24,000 nucleotides of DNA from Stellaceae bacterium. Its GTDB lineage: Bacteria > Pseudomonadota > Alphaproteobacteria > ATCC43930 > CGMCC-115725. The stretch covers positions 6,181 through 30,180 of the forward strand of contig DATNIT010000277.1 in the NCBI GenBank assembly GCA_035604335.1. The letters are read 5' to 3'. Made by a program: the position numbers and the translations under genes. Below, in pieces: positions 8,510 through 15,894 of the stretch; position 1 is the stretch's first letter, and every line of letters begins with the position of its first letter. The notes beneath the pieces were generated by a model, which had not been told where the DNA came from, did not search any database, and saw only the letters and a list, made by a program, of their open reading frames with translations.

Positions 8510-8551
8510 CCCGCTTATCCCTGAAATTCGCCAGCGAATTTCAGGGGCGGG
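8510..8551 (-). terminator. Long stem-loop downstream of the J-domain gene (possible terminator or structured element)
   Basis: CCCTGAAATTCGC (8519-8531) / GCGAATTTCAGGG (8534-8546) is perfect over 13 bp, extended by cccgc (8510-8514) / gcggg (8547-8551). Lies 59 nt after the stop at 8610. There is no clear U-tract, so the terminator function is tentative. Confidence 0.4.
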
Positions 8552-8609
8552 ACACGCGACGGCGGCGCCTTATACCCCGAACTCTCCGCTCAAGGCCAGC
8601 CCGGGCGCC

Positions 8610-9320
8610 TCATGTCCCTAAGAGGACATCCTTGGCACGGTTAACCTGCGCCGCCAGCGCGTCGGAGCCGCCCTGGTCCGGATGGATCTTCATCATGAGG
8701 CGGTGATGCGCTTCCTTGATCTCGGCGGCGCCGGCGCCGCGCTTCAGGCCCAGGATCGCCAAGGCTTCGTCCGGCGTCATGGCGGTGCCCGCCGCATGCG
8801 AGGTGCCTTCGGAGCCGCCCGCCTCCTTCGCCGCCTCGCGCCAGTCCGGCATGAACCGGTCGAGGTAGCTTTCGACCAGGCTGACCGACGGCGGATCCTC
8901 GGCGCGCACCTCGCGCCAAAGCGCGATCAGCGACGCATTGTCGAGCTCCTCCAGCCGCCGCCCCTGGAACCGGCCCTTGCGCACCGTGCCGGTCATGGTG
9001 CCGGTCTCGTGATCGAGGCTCATGCGGAGATAGTCGGTCTCGACTTCCGAGACCTGGCCGCGCGGACCGCCGCCGCCGCCCGCCCAGCGTCGCCAGACCG
9101 TCTTCGCCCGCGCGAGAAACGGCGCCGCGCCGCCCAGCGCGATCACCACCGGCAAGAAGCGGCCGCTCTCGATCAGCAGCACCGCGACCGCGATCGCCGC
9201 GAACACGCCAAGCCACATCAGGAACCGCACGATGACCGCGGGAGGAAGCGCCACGAAGGCCCTGCCCGCCGCCAGCAGCAGGACGAGAAGCAAGATGCCG
9301 CCGACCAGATAGAGTGGCAT
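8610..9320 (-). CDS. Membrane-anchored J-domain protein (C-terminal DnaJ domain, Pam18/Tim14-like)
   Basis: ATG at 9320 (M52 of track ORF 8610..9473): MPLYLVGGILLLVLLLAAG..., with 2-3 hydrophobic segments. C-terminal J domain TPDEALAILGLKRGAGAAEIKEAHHRLMMKIHPDQGGSDALAAQVNRAKDVLL carries the HPD motif. The start overlaps the upstream VWA gene stop (TGATG). Confidence 0.85.
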   Translation of the reverse strand: MPLYLVGGILLLVLLLAAGRAFVALPPAVIVRFLMWLGVFAAIAVAVLLIESGRFLPVVIALGGAAPFLARAKTVWRRWAGGGGGPRGQVSEVETDYLRMSLDHETGTMTGTVRKGRFQGRRLEELDNASLIALWREVRAEDPPSVSLVESYLDRFMPDWREAAKEAGGSEGTSHAAGTAMTPDEALAILGLKRGAGAAEIKEAHHRLMMKIHPDQGGSDALAAQVNRAKDVLLGT

Positions 9321-10045
9321 CAGGCACCGCCCATCTGGCGCGTGATCAGCAGGGTGGCGCCGCCGGTCTTGCGGCTGTAATCCGCGAGCGCCTTGCGCCC
9401 GCCGGCGGCGAACACCGCCACCGCGCCCAAGAGCTCCTTCAGCTGCTGGGCACTGGCGTTGTCGAAGGGGCAATAGGCGCCGCGGGAGAGGCGCGCGAGC
9501 TCCTTGAAGGCGTGGCCCGCCACGGGATTGGCGCCCTCGTGGAACACGAAAGCGGGCACGTTGAGGAGCGCCAACTCACCCGCGAGCCGGGTGAGCGCGT
9601 CCAGCGGCTCCTCCATGGCGTCGCCCACGAAGACCAGGGCATTGACGTGGCCTGCTTTCGCCTCGTCGATGGCATGCTTGAGCACGCGCGCGATCTGCGT
9701 CTCGCCGCCGACGCAGCTGACCTTGCGCATCGCCGCATGCAGGTCCTGCGCCCGCGAGAGCCAGCGGCTCGCCTTGCATTCGCCGAAGCCTCGATAGAAC
9801 ACCAGCTGCACGTCGAGGCCGCCAAGGCTCGCGGTCGCCTCGAACATCTCGCCCTGGAGCCGGCAGGCGTGGTCCCAGGCGGGCTCGCGGCTCGCCGTCG
9901 CGTCGAGGGCAAAGATCAACCGTCCGCGGCCCGAGGCCGGCCGCACCGCCGGCATCGCCGCCACCTGCTTCAGGAACGCTTCGACCTCCGCCTGCTTTGA
10001 CTCGGCGGGAAGCCGGCTCTCCGAGCCCTTCTTCTCGTCCGCCAT
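9320..10045 (-). CDS. von Willebrand factor type A (VWA) domain protein
   Basis: 241 aa, ATG at 10045. MIDAS-like DATAS in LIFALDATASR, then GGETQIARVL and ALVFVGDAMEE, matching the VWA beta-alpha pattern. No signal peptide or TM segment. Confidence 0.82.
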   Translation of the reverse strand: MADEKKGSESRLPAESKQAEVEAFLKQVAAMPAVRPASGRGRLIFALDATASREPAWDHACRLQGEMFEATASLGGLDVQLVFYRGFGECKASRWLSRAQDLHAAMRKVSCVGGETQIARVLKHAIDEAKAGHVNALVFVGDAMEEPLDALTRLAGELALLNVPAFVFHEGANPVAGHAFKELARLSRGAYCPFDNASAQQLKELLGAVAVFAAGGRKALADYSRKTGGATLLITRQMGGA

Positions 10046-10114
10046 ACCCTCAATATGGGATGGAGGGGGTAGCGTTGGCTAGCTGGCGCATCACGAGTGG
10101 CTGGGTTGTGTTGT

Positions 10115-10225
10115 CGTCCTTCGACGCGCTCGCGCCGCTCGCTTGCTCAGGATGACGGGCTCTCCTTGTGCACTCACCACCTCCCCTCATCCTGAGCAAG
10201 GGGCGTAGGCCCGCGTCGAAGGACG
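10115..10225. repeat. REP-like nested-hairpin element, family 1, copy A
   Basis: Outer arms cgtccttcgacgcg (10115-10128) / cgcgtcgaaggacg (10212-10225). Inner arms cttgctcaggatga / tcatcctgagcaag. The same arms recur at 18489-18594. Confidence 0.8.
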
Positions 10226-10234
10226 CACCCATAC

Positions 10235-10870
10235 CTAACCTAGTTTCGGCTCCGTCTTCTTGATGCTCTCGCGGGTCTCCATCGCCTGCCACCAGCGGCG
10301 CAGACCCTCGTGGGGTCCCAGAAGATCGCGGCCCTCGGCGGTGAGCGCGAACCAGAAATAGTGCGGCGCCAGCATCAGATCGGCGAGGCTCAGCGCATCG
10401 CCCGCGAGGTATCGGTTGCCGTCTAGAATCTGGTCCAGCGCCTCCAGGCAGACGCGGGCCTTGGGCAAAGACGCCTCGACTTTGGCCTCGTCCGCCGTCA
10501 TGCCGACACGCTTGGCGATCAACCGCTGGAACGAGATGCCGACGCTGATGTTCGGAAACACGTAGCAATCGACGATGCCGATGATCTGGTTCATGCGCCC
10601 GGCTTGCCGCGGGTCCGTGGGCTGCAGCGACGGTCCCGGGAAGACCGCATCGGCGTACCGCATGATCGCCTGCGTCTCGTAGAGCGCGAAGCCCTGGTGC
10701 TCGAAGGCGGGCACTCTGCCGAAGGGATGCCGCGCGACATGCGGCATCTGACCCCATGTGCCGAATGGAACAGCCGAGAAATCGTAGACGGCTCCCTTTT
10801 CCTCCAGAGCCAGCTGCGCGCTGCGCACGTAGGGGCTGCCCTGCGTGCCGTAGAGGATCGTCTCGGACAT
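10235..10870 (-). CDS. Glutathione S-transferase
   Basis: 211 aa, ATG 10870 with AGGAG upstream. N-terminal thioredoxin-like part (LYGTQGSPYVRSAQLALEEKG...HPFGRVPAFEH..FALYETQAIMRY) and helical C-domain (LAGDALSLADLMLAPH). Confidence 0.9.
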   Translation of the reverse strand: MSETILYGTQGSPYVRSAQLALEEKGAVYDFSAVPFGTWGQMPHVARHPFGRVPAFEHQGFALYETQAIMRYADAVFPGPSLQPTDPRQAGRMNQIIGIVDCYVFPNISVGISFQRLIAKRVGMTADEAKVEASLPKARVCLEALDQILDGNRYLAGDALSLADLMLAPHYFWFALTAEGRDLLGPHEGLRRWWQAMETRESIKKTEPKLG

Positions 10871-10889
10871 GCGAGTCTCCTGTTTGACG

Positions 10890-12950
10890 CTAAGCCGCGC
10901 GCGCCCAGACCGCGGTGTCGTGGAACACGCCGCCGCCGTTGGGTCGGCCGGGGTCGGCGGAGATCAGGACGTTGATGCCGAGGCCTCCCTCGTAGGCATG
11001 GTTCGGCCAGATGCCCTCGACCACCAGCACGCCGCGCTGGAGACCGTCGAAGGACTTGGCGTGGACGACCACGCTGCCGAGGCGATTGCCGAGCCGCACG
11101 CGCTCGCCGGCGGCAAGCCCGAGCGCTCGGAGATCGTCGGGGTGGATCAGCACCGAGGGCTTGCCTTCGCGGCCGACGCTCGAGGGCGTGTTGTTGAAGC
11201 TGCTGTTCAGGAACGAGCGCGCGGGCGGCGCCATCATCCGGAAGGGATGCTCGGCATCGGCCTTGTCGATGATGTCGACGTGATCGGGCAGCGCCGGCAA
11301 TTCCTGGTGCAGCGGCCCGAGCGATGCCCAGTCGGCCTTGAAATGGAACCGCTTGTCCGCGTGCCCGAAGCCGTCGAGGAAGTGCGCGGTCTCGAAGGGC
11401 AGCGACCGGTCGATCCAGCGTCCCTGATAGAAAGCATCCGGCCCCGGCAGTCCGGAGATCCGCAGGCTTTCCGCGATGATCTCCATCTCGGTCATGGCGA
11501 ATCCGCGGTGCTCGGCGCCGAGCCGCCGCGCGAGCTCGCAGATCACGTAGTGGTTCGTGCGCGCCTCGGCGTAGGGTTCGACCACCTTGCGCGCGATCTG
11601 CAGGTAGACGTGGCCGCCGCCGGTGTAGATGTCGTCGTGCTCGAGGAAGGTGGTGGCGGGCAGCACGACGTCGGCCATCGCCGCCGTCTCCGTCATGAAC
11701 TGCTCGTGGACGCAGGTGAAGAGGTCCGATCGCAAGAAGCCCTCGCGCACACGCAGCGTCTCCGGCGCCACCACCATAGGATTGGTGTTCTGGACCAGCA
11801 TCGCCGTCACCGGTGGGCCGTCACCGAGGTCGCGCTTGTCGCCCGCCAGCACCGCGCCGATCCGCGACTGATCGAAGATGCGCGTCTTCGGATCGAGCAC
11901 GTCGAGGCCCTCGATCACCGTGCGATCGATGACGTAAATGCCGGCATTCGCATAGAGCGCGCCGCCGCCCTTGTATTGCCAGGCGCCGGTCACCGCCGGC
12001 AGGCACGTCACCGCGAAGAGCTGCGCCGAGCCGTTGCGCGAGCGCGAGAAGCCGTAGCCGACCCGGAGATAGCTCCGCTTGGTGCGGCCGTAGAGCCGCG
12101 CGAACTCCACGATCTCCGCCTCGGGAATGCCGGTGATGCCCGAGGCCCAGGCGGGGCTCCGCGTCTCAAGATGCGCCTCGAGCTCCGCCTCGCCCGCCGT
12201 GTATTTCGCGAGATAGGCGCGGTCGGCGTAGCCTTCCTTGAAGAGCACATGCATCACCGCGCAGGCGAGCGCGCCGTCCGTGCCAGGCTTCGGCATCAGG
12301 TGGATGTCCGCGGTCTCGGCGGTCGGCGTGCGGTAGGGATCCACCACCACGAAAGGCGCGCCGCGCTCGCGCCGAGCCTTCGTGATGTGGGTCATCACGT
12401 TGACCTGCGTCGAGACGGGATTGCCGCCCCACACGATCACCAGATCGGACTCCGGAATCTCCAGCGGGCTCACGCCGCGCTTGGCCCCGGCGCCGGCGTT
12501 CCAGCCGGCATCCGACAGCGTCACGCAGAAGGTCGAATGCTGGCGCGCGTATTTCATCGCATGGCGCAGCCGGTTGATGCCGTCGCGCTGCACCAGCCCC
12601 ATGGTGCCCGCGTAGAAATAGGGCCACACGGTCTCGCTGCCGTAGCGCTGGGCGGCGCGCGTGAACTCTTCCGCGACGCGATCGAGCGCCGCGTCCCAGG
12701 AGATCGGCTTATAGGCATCGAGCCCCGCGCCCTTCTCGCCCACGCGCAGCAACGGCGTCGACAAGCGCAGCGGATGATGCTGGCGCTCGGCGTAGCGCGC
12801 GACCTTTGCGCAGACGACGCCGGCCGTGTAGGGATTGTCGCGCGCGCCGTGGATGCGCCCGATGGTCCGCTCGTCGATGCGCTCCACCTCCAGCGCGCAG
12901 GTGCTCGGACAGTCGTGCGGGCAGACGGAATAGGCGCTGTCGAGCGGCAA
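10890..12950 (-). CDS. Molybdopterin (bis-MGD) oxidoreductase family protein
   Basis: 686 aa. N-terminal 4Fe-4S motif CPHDCPSTC...C, VVVDPYRT, and a C-terminal molybdopterin dinucleotide-binding-like region (VLIHPDDLRALGLAAGERVRLGNRLGSVVVHAK). TTG start at 12950 with GAGGAG 6 nt upstream. Substrate unknown. Confidence 0.88.
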   Translation of the reverse strand: MPLDSAYSVCPHDCPSTCALEVERIDERTIGRIHGARDNPYTAGVVCAKVARYAERQHHPLRLSTPLLRVGEKGAGLDAYKPISWDAALDRVAEEFTRAAQRYGSETVWPYFYAGTMGLVQRDGINRLRHAMKYARQHSTFCVTLSDAGWNAGAGAKRGVSPLEIPESDLVIVWGGNPVSTQVNVMTHITKARRERGAPFVVVDPYRTPTAETADIHLMPKPGTDGALACAVMHVLFKEGYADRAYLAKYTAGEAELEAHLETRSPAWASGITGIPEAEIVEFARLYGRTKRSYLRVGYGFSRSRNGSAQLFAVTCLPAVTGAWQYKGGGALYANAGIYVIDRTVIEGLDVLDPKTRIFDQSRIGAVLAGDKRDLGDGPPVTAMLVQNTNPMVVAPETLRVREGFLRSDLFTCVHEQFMTETAAMADVVLPATTFLEHDDIYTGGGHVYLQIARKVVEPYAEARTNHYVICELARRLGAEHRGFAMTEMEIIAESLRISGLPGPDAFYQGRWIDRSLPFETAHFLDGFGHADKRFHFKADWASLGPLHQELPALPDHVDIIDKADAEHPFRMMAPPARSFLNSSFNNTPSSVGREGKPSVLIHPDDLRALGLAAGERVRLGNRLGSVVVHAKSFDGLQRGVLVVEGIWPNHAYEGGLGINVLISADPGRPNGGGVFHDTAVWARAA

Positions 12951-13013
12951 GGGACGCTCCTCGTTCTTTCTGGAACGACTATAAAGCGGTGCGGGCTTCC
13001 GCGAAAGCCGCCG

Positions 13014-13439
13014 TCAGGAAGGCCGCTCCCAGACCAAGGTGGAGACGCTCATCTTGCCGTCGCGCGGATTGGGCGCCGGCGCCGTGGTGAGCGTGAGGCG
13101 GTTGCCGTCGAACTTGTAGAAGCGCACGACGTCCGTCCCGGTCCAGGCCTGATTCCAGGATTGCTCGACGTGGTGGATCACGCGATCGGGCTCGACCGTG
13201 TAGCGCCCGGCGTAAGCCACCATGCTGCGGAAGAGCGAGAAGGCCTCGGCCTCGGTGAGCGCGGCGCCGGCGGGTGCCTTGCGGCCCTCGGCCAGGACCA
13301 GCGCGCTCATGCGGCCGTCCGCCGTGTAGATGAGCGTGCCCGTGGGATGCGCGCCCCAGAGTGGCGTCGATTCACCCGTGTCGAGGCTCTTGCGCTCGGT
13401 CGATCGCAACGTCCAGGTGCCGACGAACGGATTGCCCAT
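13014..13439 (-). CDS. Lipocalin-like domain protein (small beta-barrel, function unknown)
   Basis: Only the last 141 aa of track ORF 13014..14270 look real: MGNPFVGTWTLRSTERKSLDTGE...GTLIYTADGRMSALV...YAGRYTVEPDRVIHHVEQSWNQAWTGTDVVRFYKFDGNRLTL. ATG 13439 with GGAG upstream, 17 nt after the ymdB-like stop. Confidence 0.72.
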   Translation of the reverse strand: MGNPFVGTWTLRSTERKSLDTGESTPLWGAHPTGTLIYTADGRMSALVLAEGRKAPAGAALTEAEAFSLFRSMVAYAGRYTVEPDRVIHHVEQSWNQAWTGTDVVRFYKFDGNRLTLTTAPAPNPRDGKMSVSTLVWERPS

Positions 13440-13456
13440 GCGAGACGGCTCCGCGC

Positions 13457-14284
13457 TCAACCGACCGCGGCGGCGACGCGCGGCAGGTGCTCGGCGAGCT
13501 TGCCGCCCAACCGCACCGGCTCCACGCGGCGCGCGAGGCCCGTGGCGTCGTCGGTCTCCACGAAGACCGCGCAGAGCGTCCCCTCGCCGTCCGCGGCCTT
13601 GAGCCGCTCGCCGGGGATCTTGTTCACGAAACGCGCCACCGCCGTCTCCTTCTGCATGCCGATGACAGAATCGTAGTCGCCGCACATGCCGCAGTCGGTC
13701 TGATAGGCCGTGCCTTTCGGCAGGATCCGCGCGTCCGCCGTCGGCACGTGGGAGTGCGTGCCCACCACCACGGAAGCGCGGCCGTCGGCGAAATGTCCCA
13801 TCGCCATCTTCTCCGAGGTGGCCTCGCCGTGGAAATCGATCACCACCGCCTGCACGTCGCCGAGCGGATGGAGCCCCAGCTCGCGTTCGACCGCCGCGAA
13901 GGGGCAATCGATCGCATCCATGAAGAGCCGCGCCATCGGGTTCAGCACCAGCACGCGCCGGCCGTCGCCGAGCTCGAACACCCGCGCGCCCACGCCCGGC
14001 GTGCCCGCCGGCAGATTGAGCGGCCGCAGCAGCCGCGGGTCGCCATCGATGTAGCCCAGCAGCTCCCGCTGGTCCCAGACGTGATTGCCGGTGGTGATGA
14101 CGTCCGCGCCGGCGGCGTAGAGCTCGGCGCAGAGCTTGTCGGTGATGCCGAACCCGCCGGCGGCGTTCTCGCCGTTCACCACCACGAAATCGAGCCCGAG
14201 CTCGCGCCGGAGCCGGGGCACCTGCGCCTTCACCGCCTCGCGCCCCGACCGCCCCATCACGTCGCCACAAACCAGGAGTCTCAT
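13457..14284 (-). CDS. YmdB-family metallophosphoesterase (2',3'-cyclic-nucleotide phosphodiesterase-like)
   Basis: MRLLVCGDVMGRSGREAV...DFVVVNGENAAGGFGIT...ITTGNHVWDQ...DFHGEATSEK...GTHSHVPTAD are calcineurin-like metal-binding motifs in YmdB order. ATG at 14284 (M6 of the track ORF). Confidence 0.87.
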   Translation of the reverse strand: MRLLVCGDVMGRSGREAVKAQVPRLRRELGLDFVVVNGENAAGGFGITDKLCAELYAAGADVITTGNHVWDQRELLGYIDGDPRLLRPLNLPAGTPGVGARVFELGDGRRVLVLNPMARLFMDAIDCPFAAVERELGLHPLGDVQAVVIDFHGEATSEKMAMGHFADGRASVVVGTHSHVPTADARILPKGTAYQTDCGMCGDYDSVIGMQKETAVARFVNKIPGERLKAADGEGTLCAVFVETDDATGLARRVEPVRLGGKLAEHLPRVAAAVG

Positions 14285-14342
14285 GCCAACCTCGTGCACG
14301 CTTTTGCTACTCTAACGCATTTCTCGCACAAGCTCTCGCCAG

Positions 14343-14495
14343 CCCCTCGCCCACGAAGTGGGAGAGGGAGGGACCCAGCGTGAAGCGCTGGGAGGGTGAG
14401 GGTCGGTGTGAACGAGCACTTCCAATCGACACCCCTCACCTTCCCGCCGCTCTCGCGGCGGGCCCCTTCCTCTCCCGCTCATCGCGGGAGAGGGG
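14343..14495. repeat. REP-like element family 2: two ~62-bp copies in head-to-head (inverted) orientation
   Basis: Left copy 14343-14403, right copy 14431-14495. The reverse complement of the right copy aligns with the left copy along its length. Each copy has two sub-hairpins (ccctcNccc...gggagaggg; cccagcg..cgctggg versus cccgccgc..gcggcggg). Confidence 0.75.
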
Positions 14496-14506
14496 TCTGC
14501 CAGCGC

Positions 14507-15097
14507 TCACAGGATTATGAGCCCAATCTCCGTCACCACGGCATCGAGCGGCGCGTCGGCCTCGTCGACCGGCACTTGCTCGACCTCCTGCACACTGAAG
14601 GCGAGACCCACGGCGAGGGGCGTGCCCCTCGCGCGCAGCGTCGCCAGAGTCCGGTCGTAGAAACCGGCGCCGTAGCCCAGCCGATGGTAGGCGCGGTCGA
14701 AGGCGAGCATCGGGACCAGCACCAGCGACGGCACCACCTCGGGTGCGCTCGAGAGCGGCGCCTGGATTCGCATGATGTCGGGCGCGAGCGGGTCGCCGGG
14801 CGACCACGCGCGGAAGGCAAGCGGCTCTCCGCGCGCGAGGGAGATCGGCAACGCGGTGCGAAAGCCCTGCTCGGCGAGCGCCTGCATCGCGGGACGCGGA
14901 TCGAGTTCGTCACGGATCGGCCAGTATCCGGAGATCACGCTGCCTCGCGCCACTGGCGTCGCGGCGATCCACGCGATCAGCCGGTTGCGCACTGCGAGGC
15001 TCGCGGCCGCACGCATCTCCGGCGTCAGCGCCGCACGGCGAGCGCGCATGATCTTGCGCAGCGCCGCCTTCTCGGCGGCGATCGTCTCGGGGCTCAC
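14507..15097 (-). CDS. ygfA: 5-formyltetrahydrofolate cyclo-ligase
   Basis: ALRKIMRARRAAL...ISGYWPIRDELDPRP...LVLVPMLAFDRAYHRLGYGAGFYDRTL is the MTHFS family pattern. I place the start at the in-frame GTG at 15097 (VSPETIAAEK...), giving 196 aa. The track's longer start at 15178 would run through the 6S RNA. Confidence 0.85.
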   Translation of the reverse strand: MSPETIAAEKAALRKIMRARRAALTPEMRAAASLAVRNRLIAWIAATPVARGSVISGYWPIRDELDPRPAMQALAEQGFRTALPISLARGEPLAFRAWSPGDPLAPDIMRIQAPLSSAPEVVPSLVLVPMLAFDRAYHRLGYGAGFYDRTLATLRARGTPLAVGLAFSVQEVEQVPVDEADAPLDAVVTEIGLIIL

Positions 15098-15114
15098 AGC
15101 AGGGCGAGGAAACC

Positions 15115-15274
15115 GGATGGAGCCGCCTCGGCCGTCGGCATTGACGAACCCTCTAGGCCCGCTTTCGCAGGTGGGCACCGTATACCGGAACCAGGGCTCC
15201 GGCAGGGACAGTTCCCGAGGTGTCGTAATCGGCCCCGGGGTTTGTGCGGCCTAACGCACCAGGCAGCCCCATCC
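15115..15274 (-). ncRNA. ssrS: 6S RNA
   Basis: Occupies the conserved zapA-ssrS-ygfA slot. The 5' end GGAUGGGGCUGCCU pairs over 14 consecutive positions (with G-U pairs) with the 3' end GGCGGCUCCAUCC. Internal GCCGAU and GGGUUC motifs resemble E. coli 6S. Apical hairpin CCGGA-GCCCUGGU-UCCGG. Length ~160 nt; ends approximate. Confidence 0.78.
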
Positions 15275-15609
15275 TAAGAACCAATGTGGGGTGTTTCGAG
15301 GCGAACTGCAATCGTCTCAATTCGCCTTGCGAGCTCCTCGAGGCCCTGGGCGAGCGCCGAGGTGTCGACGCCGTTGCCGTCGGCCGCGGATTGGCGGCGC
15401 AGCGCCGCGTGCGCATCGGCGAGCTCGTCCGTGATCACCAGCGCCGCCAGCACCAGCAGCCGCGCCTCGCCGATCTGCCCGAGCTTCCCCACGAACTCCG
15501 TGGTCTTGCGGTCGACGTACTGCGCGAGCTCCTTGATGCGGCTCTCCTGCCCGTCTTCGCAGGAGACCGGATAGCTCCGGCCGTTCACCGTGAGGTGGAT
15601 CTCGGGCAT
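15274..15609 (-). CDS. zapA: Cell division protein ZapA
   Basis: MPEIHLTVNGRSYPVSCEDGQESRIKELAQYVDRKTTEFVGKLGQIGEARLLVLAALVITDEL is the ZapA pattern. ATG at 15609 overlaps the upstream gene stop (TGATG). The longer track ORF (to 15870) is an Arg/Gly-rich extension. Confidence 0.9.
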   Translation of the reverse strand: MPEIHLTVNGRSYPVSCEDGQESRIKELAQYVDRKTTEFVGKLGQIGEARLLVLAALVITDELADAHAALRRQSAADGNGVDTSALAQGLEELARRIETIAVRLETPHIGS

Positions 15610-15836
15610 CAGCCCTCCAGCACCCGGTCGAGCCGGCCGATCGCCTGATCGAGGCGGCTCGCGACGGTCTGGGTCACCTGGCTCAGCGAGGCATATTGGG
15701 CCTTGGCGTCGGCGAGCGCCCGTTCGAGTCCCGCCCGATCCTCCGCGCCGCTCGCGTGCTCCATCGCTGCCTCGACACGTAGCACCGCCCGCTCGAGGCG
15801 CTTGGCGGCTTCGACCACCCTGCTGAGATCGCTCAT
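15609..15836 (-). CDS. Small coiled-coil protein (DUF4164; ZapB/ZauP-like ZapA partner)
   Basis: 75 aa, heptad-like helical sequence. Translationally coupled to zapA. This position and size match the coiled-coil ZapA partner described in Caulobacter. Confidence 0.75.
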   Translation of the reverse strand: MSDLSRVVEAAKRLERAVLRVEAAMEHASGAEDRAGLERALADAKAQYASLSQVTQTVASRLDQAIGRLDRVLEG

Positions 15837-15894
15837 GGCGTGTTCGGCGCTTCCCCCGACTCGGGGTCACCTTACGCGCGCGCCGAACGGACAG

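Noticed and set aside
12985-13010. Imperfect hairpin gcgggcttccgcgaaagccgcc after the lipocalin-like gene
   Set aside because: Bulged short stem and a poor U-tract. It sits 40-60 nt upstream of the next gene's RBS in a likely operon, so it is not called as a terminator.
10869-13676. 935-aa plus-strand ORF spanning three minus-strand genes
   Set aside because: It is antisense to the molybdopterin oxidoreductase, the lipocalin-like gene and the ymdB-like gene. It has low-complexity Arg/Ala/His composition and no domain signature.
13440-14270. N-terminal ~277 aa of the 418-aa track ORF 13014..14270
   Set aside because: It overlaps the ymdB-like gene out of frame with Arg/Gly-rich sequence. Only the last 141 aa (lipocalin-like) look genuine.
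15842-15889. Inverted repeat gttcggcgc ... gcgccgaac with inner ccccgactcgggg, between the GNAT stop and the DUF4164 start
   Set aside because: It could be a terminator for the GNAT gene, but it has a 30-nt loop and no U-tract. Too weak to call.
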